Origin: an uncultured Gemmatimonadales bacterium
Lineage (GTDB): Bacteria > Gemmatimonadota > Gemmatimonadetes > Gemmatimonadales > GWC2-71-9
Length of the DNA stretch: 64,000 nt
Assembly (NCBI GenBank): GCA_963833365.1
Contig: CAWHXS010000003.1
Location: forward strand, 6,913 to 70,912
Direction of reading: 5' to 3'
Shown: piece by piece, positions 57,840 through 64,000 of the stretch
How positions within the stretch are numbered: position 1 is the stretch's first letter
How the letters are laid out: the number at the start of each line of letters is the position of its first letter
Notes under the pieces: generated by a model
Told to the model about the DNA's origin: nothing
What the model saw: the letters and a program-made list of their open reading frames with translations, nothing else
Database searches by the model: none
Program-made: the position numbers and the translations under genes

Positions 57840-58715
57840 ATGCTGGCGATCGCTGCACTTCTGCTCTTTGCGGGGCCCTCTCAGCGCCCGCCAACCTTGC
57901 TGCTCACCGTTGAGCCGGAACGACCGGTTCGGGGGAGCCTGGTACGACTGGTCGCCAGTGACACGGCGAAGACCGACCGGCCGTGGATCCGGATCGACGG
58001 CACCGCGGGAGACGAGCCGCTCCATTTCGAGGCTCAGGGTGTTGGACGTTTCGTAGCGCTGGCCGGAATTCCAATCGAAGGCCCTGATTCCTTCCCCGTC
58101 ATACTACGGATCTCCTACGGCGATGGCTCCCAGGACACCGTTGCCGCGAGCGTGTTCGTGCGTCAGCCCGACTACTCGATGGAGAAGCTTCGTGTCGCGC
58201 CAGCGATGGCGAAGCCGGACAGCGCGGCCCAGGTCCGGATCGAAAAGGAGATAACGCGCGCACGAGAGATCGGAGTGCGCTCTCAAAGCAATCCGCGCCT
58301 TTGGCAGGATGCCTTCCTGCCTCCACGAGACAGCCGGGTCACCAGCATCTTCGGCACCGGGAGGGAGTTCAACGGCAAAGCGGTGAGCCGCCATCTGGGC
58401 ACCGACTACGCCGGTGCGGTGGGAGATCCGGTACGGGCCACCAATCGCGGCGTGGTCGCAATGGTCGCAGATTTCTACCTGGCGGGTCGAGTGGTGTATC
58501 TCGACCACGGCGAAGGGCTCGTCTCAGCCTACTTCCACTTGAGCAGCACCACAGTGGCGCAGGGTGATACGGTCGAGCGGGGTCAGATCATTGGAGCGGT
58601 AGGAAAGAGCGGGCGGGTCACCGGCCCACATCTGCATTGGGTGGTGAGGTATGGGACGGTCACCGTGGATCCGATGAGCGTCCTGACGCTGTTGGGGGAA
58701 CAGCGGGAGCAGTGA
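57840..58715 (+). CDS. M23 family metallopeptidase
   Basis: ATG 57840 gives the signal peptide MLAIAALLLFAGPS. The C-terminal LytM domain is HLGTDYAGAVGDPVRA...VYLDHGEGLVSAYFHLS...GRVTGPHLHW. Confidence 0.85.
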   Translation: MLAIAALLLFAGPSQRPPTLLLTVEPERPVRGSLVRLVASDTAKTDRPWIRIDGTAGDEPLHFEAQGVGRFVALAGIPIEGPDSFPVILRISYGDGSQDTVAASVFVRQPDYSMEKLRVAPAMAKPDSAAQVRIEKEITRAREIGVRSQSNPRLWQDAFLPPRDSRVTSIFGTGREFNGKAVSRHLGTDYAGAVGDPVRATNRGVVAMVADFYLAGRVVYLDHGEGLVSAYFHLSSTTVAQGDTVERGQIIGAVGKSGRVTGPHLHWVVRYGTVTVDPMSVLTLLGEQREQ

Positions 58716-58789
58716 GAGGTGAGAAGTGAGAAGGAAACTGCCACCCGGTTCCCTCTTACCTCTCACTTCTTACTTCTTACGTAGTTTTT
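58711..58789 (+). terminator. heptamer-array hairpin plus T-tract; intrinsic terminator candidate for the M23 gene (also 3' of the convergent gatB)
   Basis: The left arm AGTGAGA GGTGAGA AGTGAGA AGG pairs with the right arm CCCTCTTA CCTCTCA CTTCTTA CTTCTTA C. GTGAGAGGT/ACCTCTCAC pair over 9 bp. An alternative 14-bp register has 2 G-U pairs only in the plus-sense RNA. The hairpin is followed by GTAGTTTTTC. Confidence 0.6.
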
Positions 58790-60194
58790 CAGTCAGCAGG
58801 GGCTGTACGGCTTTGGGATCCGCCTTCCCCCCGCTCTTCTTCATCACCTGACCCACGAAGAAGCCCATGAGTTTGGATTCCCCGCCCCGGAAGCGCTCCA
58901 CCTCGGAGGGATTGGCGGCGAGGACGTCCTCGACCCAGGCACCGAGCGCGTCGGCATCGCCGACCTGAATCAGTCCCAGGCGTTCGGCAACGGCGCGGGG
59001 ATCCTCGTTTCCATCCACCAGCTCGGGATAGACTCGCTTGGCCGCCTGAAGGCTGACCACGCCTTCCTTGACCAATCCGATCAGTTTCGAGAGCCGATCG
59101 GCACTTACACTGAAGCGGCCGGTCTCGTTGTAGCCGCTCATCGCCTCACCCATCACCCAGTTGGCGGCCGCCTTGGCTTCCGCTCCAGCTCCCACCACCG
59201 CCTCGAAGTAATCCGCTACCGGCCGCTCGGATGCGAGGACGCCGGCATCGTACGCGGTGATGGCGTAGCGGGTCATGAAGCGCTCCCGCTTGGGCTCGGG
59301 CAGCTCGGGCAACGCGGCGTGCTGTTCCTCGATCCACTTCTGAGTGAGAACCAACGGCGGTAGATCCGGGTCCGGAAAATACCGGTAGTCGTGGCTCTCC
59401 TCCTTGGAGCGCATCGGCTTCACCGTTCCAGCGGCGGCATTGAACAGCATGGTCACCTGCTCCACCCGGCCACCACTCTCAAGCAACGCCACCTGGCGAT
59501 CGCGCTCGACGATGAGAGCCCGCTCTACATTGGCGAAGCTGTTCATGTTCTTGACTTCCGCCTTGGTGCCGAGCTTGGGGTCGCCGGGGCGGCGGATCGA
59601 GATGTTCGCGTCCACCCGGAGGCTTCCTTCCTCCATGTTGCAGTCACTCACCTCGGCGTAGACCAGGATCTGCTTCAGGATGGTGAGATAGGCCCGGGCC
59701 TCGGCGGGGCTGCGGAGGTCGGGCTCGCTCACGATCTCGACCAGCGGAGTGCCTGCCCGGTTGAGATCAATTGCGGTCTTCCCCGGGAGCCGGTCGTGCA
59801 GCGACTTGCCGGCATCCTCCTCGAGATGGAGCCGGGTGACGCCGATACCGATCCGCCCTCGCTCGGGCGATTCGCACTCGATCGTGCCACCGGTCGCAAG
59901 CGGTTGATCGAACTGGGAGATCTGGTATCCCTTGGGCAGATCGGGATAGAAGTAATTCTTCCGGGCGAAGATGCTGCGAGTGTGCACCGTGCATCCCAGC
60001 GCCCTCGCGGCCTGGGTCGCGAGACGGATCGCCTGTTCGTTGGGCACCGGGAGCGCCCCCGGCAGACCGAGGCACACCGGGCACACCAGCGTGTTGGGAG
60101 GCGCGCCGAACTTATTGGCGCAGCCACAGAACATCTTCGACTTGGTCAGCAGCTGAACGTGGACCTCGAGGCCGATCACCGTTTCCCAGGTCAT
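58770..60194 (-). CDS. gatB: Asp-tRNA(Asn)/Glu-tRNA(Gln) amidotransferase subunit B
   Basis: Intact 474-aa ORF containing WETVIGLEVHVQL, CPVCLGLPGALP, NYFYPDLPKGYQISQ and LEEDAGK. Confidence 0.95.
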   Translation of the reverse strand: MTWETVIGLEVHVQLLTKSKMFCGCANKFGAPPNTLVCPVCLGLPGALPVPNEQAIRLATQAARALGCTVHTRSIFARKNYFYPDLPKGYQISQFDQPLATGGTIECESPERGRIGIGVTRLHLEEDAGKSLHDRLPGKTAIDLNRAGTPLVEIVSEPDLRSPAEARAYLTILKQILVYAEVSDCNMEEGSLRVDANISIRRPGDPKLGTKAEVKNMNSFANVERALIVERDRQVALLESGGRVEQVTMLFNAAAGTVKPMRSKEESHDYRYFPDPDLPPLVLTQKWIEEQHAALPELPEPKRERFMTRYAITAYDAGVLASERPVADYFEAVVGAGAEAKAAANWVMGEAMSGYNETGRFSVSADRLSKLIGLVKEGVVSLQAAKRVYPELVDGNEDPRAVAERLGLIQVGDADALGAWVEDVLAANPSEVERFRGGESKLMGFFVGQVMKKSGGKADPKAVQPLLTEKLRKK

Positions 60195-61633
60195 CAGCGC
60201 ACCTCCGCCGCAGCGTCAATCGCCGCTTCGAAGGCCGCCGCCGCGCTCAGCATTTTGGCTTCGGCAAAATTTGGTGCGATCAGCTGGGCGCCCACCGGCA
60301 AACCTTCCGATCGGCCGACCGGGAAACTCACCGCGGGCAGACCGGCCAGGTTGACCGGGCAAACGAAGATGTCCGCCAGGTACATCGCGACCGGATCCTC
60401 GGTCTTCTCGCCCGCCTTGAAAGCGGGAGTTGGCGTCGTCGGCGTCAGCAGCACATCGCAGCCGGCGTCGAAGGCGCGCCGGAAGTCCTCGGCCAGAAGA
60501 GCGCGCACCTGTTGCGCCTTCCGGTAGTAGGCGTCGTAATAGCCTGAACTCAGCACATAAGTTCCGATCAGAATCCGGCGACGAACCTCGGCACCGAAGC
60601 CGTGGCCGCGCGTAGCCTGGTAGAGGGCGCGGAGATCGCCTGCCGGCCCGACTCGCCGCTGGCCGTATCGTACTCCGTCGTAGCGGGCGAGGTTCGCGGC
60701 GGCTTCGGCCGGGGCGATGATGTAGTAGGTCGGCACCGCATAGCGGGTATGCGGCAGCGAGACCTCCTTGATCGTCCCGCCCAGCTCCTTCACCGCCTTA
60801 ATCGCCTGGTCGAGACCGGCCCGCACTCCTTGGTGCAGGTCGCGCGGGAAATACTCGGCGGGTAGGCCGATGGTGAGGCCCTTCAAGTCACGTCGCGGTG
60901 GATCCAGCACCAGTGGGGGCTGGGCGATCGTTGTCGGATCGAGGGGATCGTGTCCGCTCATTGCGGCCAGGACCCGTGCTGCATCATCCACCGTGCGACC
61001 GAAGGTGCTCACCGCATCGAGCGACGACCCGAAAGCAACGAGGCCATACCGGCTCACCCGGCCATAGCTCGGCTTGATGCCCACGATCCCGCAGAAGCTG
61101 GCCGGCTGGCGCACCGACCCGCCGGTCTCCGAGCCGAGGGCCGCGGGCACCACTCCTGCGGCCACCAACGCGGCCGACCCGCCGGACGAACCGCCAGGCA
61201 CGCGCGACGGATCGTCAGGATGCTTCACCCGCCCGAAGGCGGAGTGTTCGGTAGATGAGCCCATGGCGAACTCGTCGAGATTCGCCTTGCAGGCGATCAA
61301 GGCTCCCGCGGCACGAAGCCGGTTGATCACCGTGGCATTGAACGGTGACACGTAGCCTTCGAGAATCCGCGAGCCACAGGTGGTCGGTTGCTCGGTCGTG
61401 ACGATGTTGTCTTTGACCGCGATCGGCACGCCCGCGAGCGGCATCTTTGCCCGGTCCGATGGGGTGGCACCATCCACCCGCACCGCCTCGGCTTCCAATC
61501 GCTCAGCCGACCAGCTGAGCGAGGCATTCAGGGCGGCGGCCTTCTCCAGGCGGCTCGCGACCTCCTTCGCGGCCACTGCCGCGGTGGTCCGGCCCTCGCG
61601 CACTGCGCTCGCGGCTGATTCGACCGCGCTCAC
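60194..61633 (-). CDS. gatA: Asp-tRNA(Asn)/Glu-tRNA(Gln) amidotransferase subunit A
   Basis: Intact 479-aa ORF with the amidase signature GGSSGGSAALVAAG and KDNI...T. Confidence 0.95.
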   Translation of the reverse strand: MSAVESAASAVREGRTTAAVAAKEVASRLEKAAALNASLSWSAERLEAEAVRVDGATPSDRAKMPLAGVPIAVKDNIVTTEQPTTCGSRILEGYVSPFNATVINRLRAAGALIACKANLDEFAMGSSTEHSAFGRVKHPDDPSRVPGGSSGGSAALVAAGVVPAALGSETGGSVRQPASFCGIVGIKPSYGRVSRYGLVAFGSSLDAVSTFGRTVDDAARVLAAMSGHDPLDPTTIAQPPLVLDPPRRDLKGLTIGLPAEYFPRDLHQGVRAGLDQAIKAVKELGGTIKEVSLPHTRYAVPTYYIIAPAEAAANLARYDGVRYGQRRVGPAGDLRALYQATRGHGFGAEVRRRILIGTYVLSSGYYDAYYRKAQQVRALLAEDFRRAFDAGCDVLLTPTTPTPAFKAGEKTEDPVAMYLADIFVCPVNLAGLPAVSFPVGRSEGLPVGAQLIAPNFAEAKMLSAAAAFEAAIDAAAEVR

Positions 61634-61929
61634 TGGTCCTCCATGGCGCCGAGCCGGGGGACAACGAAGAGACCCTGGGAAAATTCCGGGGCGAAGTCTG
61701 CGGGAGGCCGCGCCAGCGGAACCGGATCCACAACGTCAGGGCGCAGCGTCAGCTTTTCGGGGCCGGCGAGATAAGGAGGCGCCTGCTCTCCCGCGGGGAC
61801 TTCATTCAGCTGTGCGACGTAGTCCACAATTCGCCCGAGCTGCTCGGTGAGCTTGGGCAGTTCTTCCTCGCTCACAGCCAGCTCCGCGAGCTTCGCCACG
61901 TGCAGTACGTCTTCCCGGCCGATACTCAT
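61630..61929 (-). CDS. gatC: Asp-tRNA(Asn)/Glu-tRNA(Gln) amidotransferase subunit C
   Basis: Contains MSIGREDVLHVAKLAELAVSEEELPKLTEQLGRIVDYV. ATG 61929 overlaps the helicase stop as ATGA. The ORF-track start is 61941. Confidence 0.88.
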   Translation of the reverse strand: MSIGREDVLHVAKLAELAVSEEELPKLTEQLGRIVDYVAQLNEVPAGEQAPPYLAGPEKLTLRPDVVDPVPLARPPADFAPEFSQGLFVVPRLGAMEDQ

Positions 61930-64000
61930 GCGCTCTCCCAATCCCGTTCGAGGCCCGCATAGGCTACGAGCAACTGTTTCACCCCGACTTCCTCATCATC
62001 GAAAGCCACGGAGACCTTCAAGTCCCTTCCAGTTCCGACCAGACCCTGAATCGTTCCGCTCCCAAACCGCCGGTGGCGTACTCGTTCCCCGCGCACGTAC
62101 CGAGGAGTGTCCTGGTTGGTCTCGGAGGGCTCGGCAGCTCGACGGCTCGGCGGATCGAAATCCTGGTCCAGCCAGCTGGATGATACCCGTCCCGAACCCC
62201 CGAGTCGGGATGCCGCCGAGCCGCCCCAACTTGGAGCCCACAGAGAAGAGGTCCGCTTCTCTTCAACCAGCTCGGGAGGCAGCGCCTTGAGGAATCGCGA
62301 GCCCCTTCCCGGCTTAAGCTCGCCGCCACGCCGCCGGGCGCGAGCCCAGGTGAGATACAATTTGTCCTTGGCCCGGGTAAGCCCGACGTAACAGAGCCGA
62401 CGCTCTTCTTCGATCCCACCCTCCTGCTCCTCCGCGCGCGCCAGAGGGAATAGACCATCCTCCATGCCGGCGAGCACGACGACCGGCCATTCGAGGCCCT
62501 TCGCGGTATGCAGGGTCATGAGGGTGATCCCCTCCTTCTGACCGGCGATCGAGTCATTGGCGGAGAGCAACGCCGCCTCGGCCAGAAAGCGCCCGAGCGG
62601 CGTGGCCTCTTCATCGGCCTCCGGTGCCACAACCTCCGACCATTCTGCAGCACTCGCCACCAGTTCACGGACGTTTTCCCACCGGTCGGCGCCTTCCGGT
62701 CCTTCGGCCAGCAACACCGCTTCGTAGTCGAGTTCCTGGATCAGCTGCTCCAGGACCTGGGCTGGGGGCCAGGAAGCGGTGCGCTCGCGCAGTCCATCCA
62801 CCAACGCGGCGAATTTCCTCAGCGCGTCACGGACGTTGGGCCGGAGCTCGGGCACCCGATCCGCCGCTTGCCCCGTCGCGAGCAGTGATTGCTGCCAGCG
62901 AGCCGCCTGTTCCCTTACGATCGCGAGACTGCTCTCCCCGATCCCGCGCTTGGGGACGGTGATGGCGCGAAGGAAGGCCTCATCATCTGCGGGATTGGTG
63001 ACGAGTCGCAGATAGGCGAGCAGATCCTTCACCTCGCGGCGATCGTAGAAGCTGATGGCGCCGATGATCCGATACGGCACCCCCGCCCTGCGACAAGCTT
63101 CTTCCAGCGCCCGCGACTGGGAGTTGGTGCGGTAGAGGATCGCCATTTCGACCAGTGCCCAGTCTCCCTTGGCACTGCGATCGGCCAACTCGCCGCACGA
63201 TCCACTCGGCTTCGTCCCGCTCATCCGCCGCGGCGAGGAGAGTGAGCATCTCACCACCCGGACGACGGGTTCGCAGCGTCTTCCCCAGCCGCGAGGTGTT
63301 TTCCTTGATCACCGCGTTGGCGGCGTCGAGCACCAGCCGGGTCGAGCGGTAGTTCTCTTCCAGCCGGACCACCAGGGTTCCGGGAAAGTCGCGCTGGAAG
63401 TCGAGCATGTTCTTCACGTCGGCGCCGCGCCAGCCATAGATGGACTGGTCGTCGTCTCCCACCGCCGTCACGTTGCCCTGACGACCAAGCTGGCGGACCA
63501 ACCGATACTGCGCGCCGTTGGTGTCCTGGAATTCGTCTACCAGGACGAACGCGAACCGGTCGGCGTAGTACTCCAGCCGGTCCGGGCGCTCGCGGAACAG
63601 GGTGAGCGGATGAAGCAACAAGTCGTCGAAGTCCATCGCGTTCGCCGCCTTGAGTGCCGGCCCGAGTGCGGCGTAGATCTCAGCAGCCACCTGGGTCACC
63701 CGGTCGAATCCCGCGTTCTCGGCGAGTGCCGAGGGACTGGTCATCCGATTCTTCGCCGCCGAGATGATGGCCTGGATCAAGCGAGGCGGAAAAAGCTTGG
63801 AGGAATGACCGCGCTGGTCCAGCAGGCGCTTCACCAGGTTGAGCTGGTCGTCCTGGTCGTAGATGGTGAATTGGCGAGTGAAGCCAAGCGCCTCGGCCTC
63901 GCGACGAAGCAGTCGGGCGCAGAGCGAATGGAAGGTCCCGATCCAGAGCCCCGAAGGGTCCTGACCCAGCAGCCGCCCTACCCGCTCCTTCATCTCTCCC
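61926..64000 (-). CDS. uvrD: UvrD/PcrA-type ATP-dependent DNA helicase, 5' end outside the window; one frame break near 63200
   Basis: ORF 62983..63993 contains EMKERV-like MKERVGRLLG, TFHSLCARLL, VLVDEFQDTN, VGDDDQSIYGWRGA and EENYRST. ORF 61926..63257 contains ILYRTNSQSRALEE, ITLMTLHTAKGLEWPVVVL and CYVGLTRAKDKLYL. The junction is at ...DEAEWIV/GEL... Confidence 0.88.

Overview
This is a 64-kb, strongly GC-rich chromosomal segment from a diderm bacterium. The domain repertoire (SBBP, LVIVD and PD40 propellers, HEAT-cyclophilin, LptE/LolB-like lipoproteins) suggests a Gemmatimonadota-like soil organism, but that is inference only. I call about 60 protein genes and 3 tRNAs: Arg-TCT, Pro-TGG and a 98-nt tRNA-Sec-like gene. 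I saw no rRNA, CRISPR, transposase, integrase or phage genes.

Left third: histidine utilisation (a cyclodeaminase tail, hutI, hutU); a translationally coupled operon of a TMTC/PMT-like gene, a GT2 gene and a class-V aminotransferase; surface lipoproteins built from Ig-like repeats plus beta-propellers, including a tandem paralog pair; a serB / serC-like / serA operon; and a MATE pump.

Right two thirds: an almost uninterrupted minus-strand housekeeping block. It contains rdgB, rph, a cation antiporter, an outer-membrane biogenesis cluster, lpxH plus a Ser/Thr kinase, murI, ltaE, a DAG-kinase-like gene, ridA, fhs, tatD, secDF, ribF, truB-rbfA-DUF503-infB-ylxQ-nusA-rimP, pgeF, murA, gatCAB and uvrD/pcrA.

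Two window-wide peculiarities stand out.

1. More than 50 reading-frame breaks interrupt otherwise recognisable genes. They are very unevenly distributed: about 1 per 150-250 bp between roughly 9.65 and 17.5 kb, and none across 35-53.6 kb. Essential genes such as murA and rimP are hit, so consensus indel errors are the leading explanation. Real decay of the 9.6-17.5 kb block cannot be excluded from sequence alone.

2. A recurrent class of intergenic hairpins has arms made of tandem 7-8-nt units, with a different unit at each locus. I cannot assign it to a described repeat family.

Other regulatory calls: a sigma70-like promoter plus a canonical intrinsic terminator inside the rimP-nusA-infB leader, and a U-tract terminator after the M23 peptidase gene.

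All coordinates of frame breaks are approximate and were found by hand translation.
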